A stretch of 64,000 nt of DNA from Dipteris shenzhenensis (Eukaryota): assembly GCA_047967505.1 (NCBI GenBank), contig CM106538.1. One strand, 5' to 3'. Made by a program: the position numbers and the translations under genes. The notes under the pieces were generated by a model that saw only the letters and a list, made by a program, of their open reading frames with translations, ran no database searches and was not told where the DNA came from. Positions 50,535-62,566 of this stretch are shown in pieces. Each line of letters starts with the position of its first letter. Position 1 is the first letter of the stretch.

Positions 50535-52516
50535 TTTTATTTTCATGAAAATTACTTCATTAAGTATGAATGAAAACCGCGAGAGCAAGCTCAAATGCGG
50601 GAGTACATCATGCAATGCATGAGGAAAAAAACAGCTCAAAATGAGCTTCAACCCTAAGGGAGACTCAGAGAAGAAAGGAGATCCTCTCCAAACTCTGAAG
50701 AAAGTAACTCTCCTGGCAGTAGCTACTCTGGAGGATCCCTGCATGCTCGCCCATATGGCCATCAAAGTGTGTATTGTGTCAGACCAAATACCGGGCATAA
50801 CCTGAGAAGGGTGAACTTGAATACCCTCCATCGCCTTTGTACACTTGGCTCTCCAAATATGCCTAGCTGCAATGCTAGCCAAAATCTCCCACGACGTGTC
50901 TACTGAGGCATGAGCAGCTCTAAAAGGAGTGAAGTGAACAACCTGGAGGGAACAAAACTCCACTGAGAGTCATCATACAATGAGAGTTGGATCTGGATCA
51001 CGTCCGTCGAAAAACACCTGAGGGCCAATAAGAGATAGCCAAGCCACTGAACCCCGGGTCGTATAGAAAGGTGTTGTATGAAAGATACTGAAAATCCAAG
51101 CAACACCTTTCGAGATCGTCCTTGCATGTCTGCAATCCCAAAGGCAAAGCTGTACTGACTCAACTACAATGTGACAACGAGGACAAGTACGGTCAGCCCC
51201 GAACCTTGATCTCCACAAGTTCACAGCAATCCCTCCATGAATAGAAAGCCAAAAGAAAAGAGTGATCTTTCTATTCCTGAGGGATTTCCAGAGCCTACGC
51301 CAAAAGTTCTTCCAAACAACTGCAGAAATATGAAAACTATCCCAATGAGGCGCTCTGGAGGGCCTCCAACCTCTACTGCTGAGCTGAAATCTCCGGGCAT
51401 TTCTAATTGTATAGTAGCGAAAGAAGGAGAAGCTCTTTTCTTGGTGCCCCTCATCAATCCATTCCCTCTCCCTTGGGTCCCACTACAAGAACCTAATAGG
51501 GGAATCACCATATAACCAGTGTCTCCAAGACCCCAACACAAGGAGAAGAGGATAAGGGTCAAGATACCACTGTGAGTCCTTGCCCCACTCCATGAAAACT
51601 GCAATCTTGATAGGTTGAAAGGCAACCTCCAAAAGAATATCATCAAAAGATCTGGTAAGTCTGCCTCCCGACTGAACATAAAAAACTAGGGTATCCTCAT
51701 GTGCATCCTGCAAGGCAATAATCTATAAGGGAATGCTCGTCCTTGAGAACGCTTCCCACCAAGTGGACTCTGTGATCGGCATGTCATCTGTGTCAATCCA
51801 CTCTGACGAAATGGCTGCCTCTATCTGCTGTATCCTAACTGAACTCCCTCTGAGGTGCCCAATTGCTAAAAGTCCTTGATCCTCTGGAAGTCTCATAAAG
51901 GCCTGCCAAACGCCTACTATAGAAGCAAGTCCTCTCTCCCATCTAGACCACTGCATATAATGTGACACTCCAAGTGGCCTGCCATGGTCATCCAAAATCG
52001 AATCATTCCACATGACGGGCTGCCTGCGAATTTCTTCAAGAGAGGTGGGTGAAACTCTGCGAAGAGTGTTTCTGAAGCTGCCCCAAGCTTTTAGAATAGT
52101 AGCCATGAGAGGGGAAGGGAGAGATTTGAGATGGGCTAAAGTAAAGATCCATATGATGCTGTTCATCCAATCTCCCCCATGAGATGGAGTACAAGAATGA
52201 ATGATGCGTGAGAAAAAATCTTTCCAGGGCTCCTGTCCAAGCATCAATCCACATAATATTGAGACCTCCTTCTTCTGTGGGGAGAACGAGGGTCTCCCAA
52301 GCCACCCCGGCTACAACATCTGAGGTGCCATCTAAAGTGCTCCATAGGAAGTTCCTGATAGGTCTCATGAGCTGAGCGATACAACCTCTAGATCTGCACC
52401 AACATGAGCAAACGAACCAGGCAGTGGCCAATAATATCTGGTTCACAACCACAACCCTGGATGCAAGGTCAAGTCAGGCAGAACTCCAAGAGATTAGTTT
52501 CCTCCTGATACTCTCA
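50535..52516 (-). mobile_element. 3' part of a diverged LINE, interrupted by the Copia LTR at 52517
   Basis: VVNQILLATAWF...RNFLW, WDPGEREW, CPRC...LWDC; 3' UTR homologous to subfamily A. Confidence 0.88.
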
Positions 52517-52699
52517 TGTAAGAGATTACAAAGATATGGTGTTGTAGGCATAAAGTCAACCCTATGGTTGACCGATAGTACTTGGGTACTATATATACCA
52601 AGTACTTGTATTGTTTCATTTGAACATTTCTATTGGAGCTTTCTTGTGTGTGCACTCTTGCTCACTTGTGTTCACAACCTGTCACTTTGTTCCTACATT

Positions 52700-52711
52700 T
52701 GGTATCAGAGC
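52700..52711 (+). promoter_or_regulatory. PBS complementary to initiator tRNA-Met
   Basis: TGGTATCAGAGC 2 nt after the LTR. Confidence 0.95.
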
Positions 52712-53763
52712 GCTTCCGTCTCTAGAGCCCATTCCCACGCTTGCTTCCAGACTCCCGCAAGCTTGGTGCTCCAGTGCGCATTCTTGGTTCTCACATTCAG
52801 CTCTCCAGCTTTTGCTTGAGGTAGCTCCAACAGTCCAGAGGCTGTTTTTTGACCTTTTGACGTCTGATTTTGACGTTTTTCAAAATTTCGGAGCTGCCCG
52901 CATACAAACAAGCCTGTCCCGCACCATTTCAAGTGAAAATAGAAAAAAAATCTGTTTTTTTCCGTCCGTACAGTCCGTACAAATCTGTCCGTATAGTTGC
53001 ACGATAGTGCCATGACTCCGTACAACTTGTCAGAACCTGATTTCAAGCCCGTACGACTTGTTAGAAGGTGATTCGAGCAGTTTTCGGCTGTTTTTGGGCG
53101 TTTTTGCTCAGATCTGGACCTTTTTCAGCTCCAGCCTCTCCCGGGTGTGTTCCAGCAGCTCCAGGCATCTCCATACTTCTCCAGGCTCTTCTCTACACGT
53201 GTATTGTATTCAGAAGTACTCCCGACAGCTTCATTCAGCTCCAAGCAGCTCACTTCAGCTCCTTTGTCATCTATAGCTTGCCCACACAGTCAATGGAGTG
53301 TTTTGCAAGTGTTTCGGGCCAAGGTGCACTTTCAGTAAGTGTTTTGAGCTGTGTATTTCGCGTCGGGACTGTTTTTGCAGCCCATACTCTTGCACTCTCA
53401 GGTGCATTTGCAGATACTCTACATTGTTGGGTGCATTTGCAGTTACTTTACAGTTGTGGATGCTTTTGAGCTCCGGTGGATGCATTTGAGCACTGGTGGG
53501 TGCACTATTTCAGACTTGGGTTGTGCATTTTCAGTTTGGGAATGCACTTCAGATTGCAGCAGAGTGTAGTGATTGGTTGATGCCATTTTTGCAGTGACTG
53601 CATTGTGCAGTCAGTTGCATTTCAGAGCATCCAGTCGTACTTTGCATTTGCAGCCAGTATTAGTTTGGGATTTGCAGGCACATTTGCAGCCAGTTGCACT
53701 TTTGGGACTTGCAGTTCTTTTTGCAGGTACATTTGCAGCTTGTGGGTATCCCATTTTGCATCA

Positions 53764-54526
53764 TGTCGACTCTTTCAGACAGTTTTGGCAATTTGTCCAA
53801 GGGTAACAAGCTGGATGGACCAAACTATGCCTTGTGGTCATTCATGCTTAAGAACATCTTGGTTGGTAAGGGCTTTTGGGATATTGTTAGTGGGGATGAG
53901 GTGAGGTCAGCAAGCTCATCTACATCCAGCACAGCTTCTTCGGGTCAGACTTAGGCAGACAACAGACTGCTACAGCCCCTCCTGCTAGTCCCATAGCATC
54001 GACGGAGGAGCAAAAGAAGTTAGACCGCCGTAGTGCCCAAGCGATGTTTTTTATCGCCACAAATGTGAAGAGGCACATTATGACGACTATCAAGTCATCC
54101 AAGGATGCAAAGGCAGCATGGGAAAGATTGGCAAACATGTATCATGCTAAGAATGAGGCAAGGGCCATTGCCTTGACAAATCAGCTCAAGGATCTCGAGA
54201 TGCAGGAAGGCCAGGCCATCACTAATCATATTGCCAAGATCACTGATCTACGTGATCAGCTTGCAAGTATTGATGAGGAAATAGAAGACAAAAAGCTCAT
54301 CTCTATTACTCTCAATAGCTTAGCACCCTCATATGGCACATTCGTCACTTCATTGACCATTGTTCTCAGGGCAGCCCCACTCTCGTTTGATGAGTTAGTT
54401 GGGCTTTTGTTGCAGGAAGAGGAGAGATGCTCAAATTTTGCCAAAGCCTCTCATCAGGGTGAGCAAGCACTTGCCATGGGTGGAAAGGGCAAATTTCAGA
54501 GAAAGTTTGAGCCAAAACACAGCCAT
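53764..54526 (+). pseudogene. Copia gag (N-terminal and capsid regions), premature stop, split by a LINE
   Basis: KLDGPNYALWS...KGFWDIVSG, AKAAWERL, LNSLAPSY, LLQEE. Confidence 0.9.
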
Positions 54527-55261
54527 GGAACTGCTAGTGAGCTGCTACTCCTCCCCGTTCCCCTGTTGCTCCCCCTCCCTCAGCCCGTCTCTCTCTCCCC
54601 TCAGCCTGTCCCTCGCCCCTCCCAGCTGCTCCCCCCCCTCCCCCCCTGCTGCTCCGCCCCCTCCCCCTGCCTGTCCCTCGTTCCCTCCCCCTGCCCTTCC
54701 GCCCCCTCTCCCTGCTTCCGCCCCCTCCCCCCTGCTGTTCCGCCCCCTCTCCCTGCCTCCGCCCCCTCCCCCCTGCTGCTCCGCCCCCTCTCCCTGCCTC
54801 CGCCCCCTCCCCCCTGCTGCTCCGCCCCCTCCCCCCTGCCTCCGCCCCCTCCCCCCTACTGCTCCGCCCCCTCTCCCTGCTTCCGCCCCCTCCCCCCTGC
54901 TGTTCCGCCCCTTCCCCCTGTCCGTCCCCCTCCCTTGCTTGCCCCTTGCCTCCCCCCTGCTGTCCCGCCCCCTCCCTGCCTGCTCTCCCACCCCCTCTCT
55001 TCCTCTCACTCCTGCCCTTCCCTTCTCTCCTTCCCCTCTCCTTCTTCTCCTCTCCTTTCCCTCTTAGCCCTCCCCTCCAACGCCCCCTCCCTCCCTCTCA
55101 GCTTGCCCCTCTCCCCTCTCAGCCCCAGCCCCTCTCCTCCTTCCCTCCCCTTCCCCCCTGCTTCCTCCTCGCCTCCTTTCCCCTCCCTTGCCCCCCGCAG
55201 CTTTTTTGGAACGGAAGGAGCTTTTATTCTGTTCGAGTCGGCCTCCTCACCTTGATTGGCG

Positions 55262-56816
55262 ATGGATACCCCGTCAGCCAATCCTACTCCATCTCCACCA
55301 GCCGCGAAAACTATCACTTTCTCTAAAGACGAGTTACAGCAGCTCAAGAAGGATGTAGAGATTGAGTGCTCTACCACATTGCTAGCACGCATCTTCGGGT
55401 CTCACCCTTCCAGATCCCAAGCCAGAGACTGGATGCTTGCGGCTCTCCCCCTAGACCTCACTCCTCGATTGTTAGATGTTCACCTTCTGGGACGAGGTTT
55501 TTTCCAGGTTGTTTTTGACACTCCAGAGGCTGCGAGCACTATGCTCAAGGCCGAGTTTTTACACCTGGGACACAGGAAGATCTTCTTTGAAGCCTTTCAC
55601 CTTGGTTTCGACCCAGTAGAGGCAGATAAGAAAATCTTCTCGCTCTTCATCAGGTTCCCCGGGCTTCCCCAGGTTTACCATCGACTTCTTTCTGTTATTG
55701 GGGAGCATTTTGGCGCAGTTGCTGAGATCCCACCCCTCCCTGGGTTGCCATTGACTGCAGCAGAGGCAACCAAGGCTGATGGGGTTCCTAGAGTTAGGGT
55801 CCTTTGCAAGGATCCTAACCTCAAGATGGACCACGTCATGATCCAGCGCCCGGATGGTTCCTTTTTTCGCCAGAGAGTGGAGATTTCAGGCAGGCAGGAC
55901 CAGTGCAGGATTTGCAGGATCTCGGGACACTTTGCCAGGGATTGCCCCAGGAAGAAGAAAAGGCCTAAGAAGCCCTCTGGTACAGCTACCGCCTCAGGGC
56001 ATCGACAGGGGGGATGGGGGGGGGGATTAGAGACCCGGCACTTGCCCCTCGACCTCGACAGAGGGGTGGTACAGGTCCAGCTCCTGCTCCTCGTTCTTCA
56101 CGTGGCAGTCCTGCTCAGTCAGGTGGTGGTACAGGTCCAGTACCTATTCCTCGGCCTCGACAGGGGGGTGGTACAGGTCCTTCACCTGCTCCTCGACCCC
56201 CACCTCCCTCAGGCACACGCGACGCTTTACAGTGGGTTCCAGTACGTGTGCAGGTCCCTCCTTCAGTTCACGAGGGTACCTTAGTAGACTCTGCTTCACC
56301 TCGAGCTGTCCTTCCTGTCTCACCTTGCACAGTCCGAGACGCTGAAGCTTCGACCTCCTCCCCAGTTGTAGCTTCTTCCTTAGATCCAGCAGTGCTAGAT
56401 GTTCCTCTTGAGGATGGAGAGATCTCCGCGGCTGGGCAAATACAGGGTAGAGAGCATTCCTCACTCCCTCCCTTGGATAGGGGGAAGGGCATAACTTACA
56501 CTGTTGATCCTCTTCCCTCACAAGGGATCCTTCGTACTCCGGTGTCTGGATTGCTCCACAGGAACTCATTTTCAGCCTTGGCAGAGAGTTCAGATTTCCC
56601 AGAGGAGGAGTTTGTGCCCGCTACTTTTGGGGAGCCAGTGGTTGGCTTCCTATTGACAGGGCTTCTTCTTCAGGTGCCAGGATTCTTTTCCCTATAGACT
56701 TTCCACCACTGGGTTCCTTCCCTCCCTCCTCGAACAGGAGGTCTTCCCCTGTTGAGGGGTTTGTTTCCGCCACTAGGTCGGGTAAGGTGTTCCACTCTAC
56801 ATCCTCCCGTCGATGA
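55262..56816 (+). pseudogene. LINE ORF1 (DUF4283-like RRM region, CCHC knuckle, Pro/Gly-rich tail), frameshifted
   Basis: LGRGFFQVVF, FIRFPGLP, CRICRISGHFARDCP; PAPRPRQGGGTG repeats. Confidence 0.88.
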
Positions 56817-59800
56817 GGATTATCAGTTGGAACATACAGGGCCTAGGTGGCGTCCCACATCGCGGCCGTAGACAGCTGATCTGGGATCAGCTTCATCCAG
56901 GTGTTACTGGGGGTCCCATTGATATATTATTTATTCAAGAGCACAAGCTGGATTATAGAGATTGTGCCAAGTCAGGCAAGTTGCTTTCAGGCCATACTTT
57001 TTGGTCGCCTGCATTGGGCACTAGGGGAGGCACTTCTATTTCAGTTTCGCAGTCGGTTCTCCCCTTAGTTGTTGGGCACAGAGTCATTATCCCCTCTAGA
57101 GCTCAGTGGATTATTCTTTTGATTGGAGGGCGTAAGGTTGGCTTCCTCAACCTATATGCCTCCAACATTAGAGGGGAACCTGTCCTTATGTGGAAGACTT
57201 TGCTCTCCTGGGCCCCCATTGTAGATTCTTGGGTGATTGGAGGTGACTTTAACATGGTCGAGTTACCTTCAGACAAAAAAGGGGGTAGAGAAGGCGGACT
57301 TCACTCTTTGGAGAGAGCAGCTTGGGATGCCTTCCTTTTCCATTTCTAAGGCAGAGATACTTGGTGTGATGATGCCTTTCTTATTCAGCCATAGTCCCTC
57401 CTGTTCTCTTGGTCGAACAGGAGGCAACAGATGCCTATTCATGCACGCATTGACAGATTTTATGTAGATGACTGGGCACTAGACAGAGGTGGATCGGTAT
57501 GCATTGCTGCGGGGGTTTCCACTTCAGACCACTTCCCTGTTGTTCTGGCTATCTCAGAGCCTCACTTGAGAGGCCGATCTGCCAGCATCAGGATTCCAGA
57601 TGCCTTTTACACAGAGGAGGACCTTACGGAGGCAGCCCTATGGATATGGTTTGCTCACGTCCAGGGTGGGCAGCCACATCCATCACATTTAGCCGCTGCC
57701 CTCTCTGGTATTAGCGACTTTTACTGCTCAGTTGCTTCTACCAAGAGACGAGATATTCTCAGATGTGAGATTGGTGTTCGCCAGCAGTTAACAGCTTTGC
57801 AGAGGGAAGAGCAGAAACGGCCTTCAGATGCTTGGATTCAGGAGCGCCTTGCTGCAGCGAGGGCTCATCTGCAGTTATTGCTTGATCAGAGAGCAGAGTA
57901 TGCCTTTCATGCACGGGAGTCCTTCTGGATTCAGATGGGTGGTAGAGTCAATAAACACTTTTTCTCTACTCTTGGCCCTAGACATAGTAGAGAGAGTGTA
58001 TCTCAGCTTATTGACTCACATGGGGTTTTACAGACAGAGCCAGATGACGTCTTACGCATAGCTTCAGATTTCTATGCCACCCTCCTTACTGCTGATCCTG
58101 AGACACACGATATAGAGGATGCTAGACAGGCTATTTGGCAGAGTATCCCAGTGTTGGTGAATCCGGATATGCATGTTCTACTTGACGCACCTTTCACCAA
58201 CACAGAGTTCAGGACTGCACTTTCAGCCCTTCACAAGGGCAAGTGCCCAGGTTTAGATGGCCTCACCCCGCTTTTTTCATTGCATTTTGGGATATGATTG
58301 GAGACTATATTACTTCAGCCATGCAGGCCATTTGGGACTCTGGCGAGATGCCTGAGTCGCTTACAGAGGGCCTCATCCACCTTATCCCAAAAGGAGGTAG
58401 CAGAAATTTATTGTCCCAGTGGAGGCCTATCACACTTCTGGGGAATTATTACAAGATTCTGGCCAAGGCTATCAGCCTCCGATTGCAGCCACTTCTCCCT
58501 GATCTTATTCATGACACTCAGACGGGATTTGTGCATGGCAGAAGTATTTTTGATAACATTTTTTCTTTCTGGGAAGCTTCAGAGTGGGCCATGCAGAGTG
58601 GCCAGAATCTTGCCATTCTACTGTTGGATTTTGAAAAAGCTTATGACAGAGTAGATTGGAGTTTTTTGGAGGGCACCCTTCTACGCTTTGGATTCACTGA
58701 TGTTTGGATCAGAGGTGTTTCCTCTTTGTACAGATCAGCCCATAGCCAGGTACTTTTTGGTGGGGTAAGGGGTGAGAGATTTCAGATTTCGAGATCAGTC
58801 CGTCAGGGATGCCCCCTTGCTCCTTTCCTTTTTTTATTCGTGGCCGAAGCTACGAGCATCTATGTTAGATCTCAAGCTGACATCTTTGGGCTGAGACCTC
58901 CCATCAGAAGAGAAGAGGAGCTGCTTGACAGTGAGGTGGCTGATGACACAGCGATTTATTTGGATGCCTCTCCACAGACACTGACTTCTTTCAGGACAGC
59001 ATTGGATTTATTTTGCTTGGCGGCAGGGGCGCAGATAAATTGGCATAAATCCAATGGCTTTTGGATCAGTGATGAGGACACTCCAGTTTGGGGGCTTGAC
59101 ATAGGGTTCACTTGGGTTCAGAGGGGTGTGCCTATCAGGTATTTGGGCTGCCAGGTCGGCTTGGGTATTTCTACCACGCAGCAGTTTGCTCCCGTGTTGG
59201 AGAGCATCAGAAGGAAGCTTCTCTTTTGGAGCTCAGCCAAGCTGGATCTTGCCTCTAGAGTTGTGGTGGTCAACCAGGTCCTCCTGGCCACTGCTTGGTT
59301 TATTTGTTCATGTTGGTGCCGTTCTAGGGATTGCATCATTCAGCTCAGAAGACCGATCAGGAACTTTCTCTGGAGTGGGCTTGATGGCACAGCAGATGCC
59401 TTAGCCAGAGTGGCTTGGGAGACCCTCATCCTCCCTACACAGGATGGGGGTCTCAATATTATTGATCCAGGTTTACAGTGCAGAGCTTTACTTTGCAAGA
59501 TAGTGGTGCGAGGATTTATGCCAGGATAGGAACCGTGGAAGGACTTTCTTATCAGCAGCATACAGAGGTGCACACCTTCCTCAGGAGGAGACTGGATGAG
59601 CAATGTTAGATGGATCTTCACCACAGCACACCTCAGATCACCTTCATCCCCTCTCATGGTTGCCATTCTGAAAGCTTGGGCTAGTTTCAGAAGCTCTCTT
59701 CGGAGGATTCCTCCTTCCTCCCGGGAAGAGATTGATAGGCAGCCCATCATGTGGAACGACAGTATTTTAGATGATCGTGGCAGACCACTGGGTGCCTCAC

Positions 59801-61146
59801 TCTACATGCAGTGGGCCAGGTGGGAGAGGGGACCTGCTTCTTCTTTGGGATCTTGGAAAGCTTTCCGTAGGCTTCCAGAGGAAACCAAGTCAAGGTTGAC
59901 AGGACATCTCAGAGGGAGTGCAGGGAGGATCTTGTAGATTGAGACAGCCCTTCCAGAGGCTTGGATAGACACAGATGATATGCCTCTCACTTCCTCCACT
60001 TGGGCAGGTACTTTCTCGAGAGGCGGGGTTCCACTTCAGGTCTTAGCCTTCCGAGATGCACAGGAGGATGCTTTGGTTTTCAGTGTCCAGGATGGTGGCA
60101 GATTGCTGAGATCTACAGATGATATCTTGCTTGAGTCTGCTTTTCAGCCTATCAGGTCGTAGGCCTTTTGATGCAGGGATCAGATTCAGAGTGGTTCTTA
60201 GACCCTGACCCCCAGTTACTCTCCACCGAGTCTTGGAGACTCTGGCTCTATGGAGGAGTTCCCATCAGGTATTTACAGTGGGACCCCGGAGAGTGGGAGT
60301 GGATTGACGTGGGGCATCGAGAGAAGACCATCCCCTTCTTTCGTTACACGGTCAGTAATGCCAGAAGATTTCAGCTCAGTAGTAGAGGCTGGAGACCCTC
60401 CAGAGTTCCTCATTGGGAGACTTTTGGTATTACTGTGGATCAGCAGAGGTACTTCTGGAGGAGGCTCTGGAAATCCCACAGGAATAGAAAGATCACTATC
60501 TTTTTTTCATGGAGGGATTGCAGTGAACCTTTGGAGGTCCAGATTCGGAGCCGACCCTACTTGCCCTCGTTGCCTTTCTACTTCGGAGTCGATTCAGCAT
60601 TGCTTATGGGATTGTAGACAGGCGAGATTGATTTGGATGGGGATAGCCAGGATCTTCAGTCACTTTGTCCATTCCCCACTTTTTATGACTTGGGGCTCGG
60701 TGGCTTGGCTTTCTCTTACAGGACCTCAGGTTTTCTATGAGGGACTTGACTCCTCTCGGGCCATTTCGGTTCGACGTCATCGGGTTGAGTTCTGCTCGTT
60801 GGATGTGGTTCCACACCGTCTATTTACAACTGTACATGCCTCTGTGGATACTTCTTGGGAGATTATAGCGAGCATAGTAGCCTGGCATATTTGGAGAGCC
60901 AGATGCACAGAGGCTATGGAGGGTACTCAGGTTCATCCCTCGCACACATTGGCTAGTATCTGGACAGACATCGTACACACTCTGATGGCCGTATGGACGG
61001 GTATGCAGGGGGACTCCCGTGCAGCCTCAGCTAGGAGGGCTTCTTTCTTCAGGGAATGGAAGGATTCTCCTTTCTTCTCTGAATCTACTACAGGGTTGAG
61101 ATGGCACTTTCAGCCTCAGCCTTGGTTTCTTTCCACCTCACTCTGA
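56813..61146 (+). pseudogene. LINE ORF2 (APE endonuclease, RT, zf-RVT-type zinc motif), several stops and frameshifts; no C-terminal RNase H seen
   Basis: MRIISWNIQG, IQEHK, GGDFN, RIDRFY, SDHFPV; WRPITLL, LLDFEKAYD, RQGCPLAP, VADD, RYLG; CPRC...HCLWDC. Confidence 0.95.
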
Positions 61147-61708
61147 GGGGTTTTTTATTATCCTCATGATTTCATGATGTATTCCGCTTTGAGCTTGCTC
61201 TCGCGGGTTTTTGTTCTTACTTAATAGAAGTCTTTTTCATGAAAAAAAAAAAAAAAAAACACAGCCATACAACTCAGCCCAAGGAGGGGAATGCAAGCAG
61301 TTCAAGCAAAAATCAGAAAAAGGGCAAATGCAATTATTGCAAGAAGCTAGGGCATTACATCGCAGAGTGTCAGAAAAGGATTGCCAATGAAAAGAAGAGG
61401 CAAAGGGACAGCTCTAGCAGTAATTTTGTTGCCCCAACTCAAACTCGTGCTTCAGATGCACATGATGAAGCTCATATTGCCCAAGGTGATAGAGATTTTA
61501 TGTTTGCTTTATTTAATGAGAAGATGGATGCCAAGGGGGATTTGAATGCTGAAAATCAATCAGGGGATGCTTCCCATGATCAACATATGTTGGTCGAATT
61601 TCAAGACAGGATCAAGGATCCAAAGAAAGGGTATGAGTTTTTGTAGCAACAGACACATATGACAGAGTCTTATACAAGCTTGATGCTCAGCATTATGATC
61701 AAAAGGTA

Positions 61709-62560
61709 TTGGCTATAGCAAACACTTCCCGGGCTGATTTATGGCATGCTAACTTTGGACATGTCCATCATGGGGCATTGCCCTACTTGTACAACAATAA
61801 TATGACTCAGGGAATGCCAAAATTACAGCAACCAGCAAATGAAGTGTGTGAGGGGTGTGCACTTGGCAAATTGCATCGCTTGCCATTCAGTAAACAAGGC
61901 AAGAATTGGGTCAAGGCAACCAGAGTGTTGCAGATAGTGCACAGTGATGTATGTGGCCCCATGACTATTCCCACGCATAGAGGAGCAAGGTACTTTGTGA
62001 CCTTTATAGATGACTTCTCCAGGTTCACATGGCTTTTTCTCATGAAGGAAAAATCTGAGGTGTTCTATTGGTTTCAGGAGTTCAAAGCTATGGTTGAGAA
62101 CCAAACTAATTCTAGAATTGTAACACTCAACTCAGATAGAGGGGGAGAGTACATGTCACATGCATTACAGGGATTTTTGAAGCATCATGGGATGAAACAT
62201 CACTTGACATGCCCTTACACACCACAGCAGAATCCACTCCCTGAGAGGAAGAATCGTACTCTCATGGAAATGACGAGATGCATGCTGAAATTCAAGAGAG
62301 TCTCAAAGGCTTTTTGGGGAGAAGCAGTTGTGACAGCCACTTATATTCAGAACAAATGCCCTTCCAAAGCTTTGGTTAATGTGACTCCATTTGAGGCTTT
62401 GTATGGCTTTAAGCCAAAGATTAGTCATTTCAGAATTTTTGGCTCAGTGGCATATGCTTTGGTTCTAGATGCACATCGGACAAAGCTTGATGAGTGACAA
62501 GAGTGTCAAATGCATTTTCGTGGGGTATAGCACTGAAAGCAGGGGATTTGATCAACTCTC
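61709..62560 (+). pseudogene. Copia GAG-pre-integrase and integrase core
   Basis: LWHANFGH...CEGCALGK, VHSDVCGP, FIDDFSR, SDRGGEY, TPQQN..ERKNRTL; the protease region upstream appears largely deleted. Confidence 0.93.
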
Positions 62561-62566
62561 ATTTTT

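Larger units (their letters stand above)
54527..61255 (+). mobile_element. Full-length L1-type LINE (subfamily A) with 13-bp TSD
   Basis: TSD AAAACACAGCCAT at 54514-54526 and 61256-61268; C-rich 5' UTR, ORF1, ORF2, 3' UTR, poly(A) from 61242; Copia gag frame resumes after it. Confidence 0.97.
52517..62560 (+). mobile_element. 5' half of a Ty1/Copia element (same family as 39550-41417), interrupted by two LINEs
   Basis: LTR 52517-52697 (TG...CA), PBS, gag 53764-54526, zinc knuckle CNYCKKLGHYIAEC ~61328-61370, integrase 61709-62560. Confidence 0.93.

Noticed and set aside
54044-55255. 403-aa gag plus proline-rich (extensin-like) ORF
   Set aside because: Chance read-through from Copia gag into the C-rich LINE 5' UTR across the TSD at 54514-54526; not a gene.
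39550-62560. The two Copia halves as one inverted element
   Set aside because: Flanks do not form a TSD (TCTCA before the 5' LTR versus ATATA after the 3' LTR) and the LTRs differ by substitutions and an indel; more likely two insertions.
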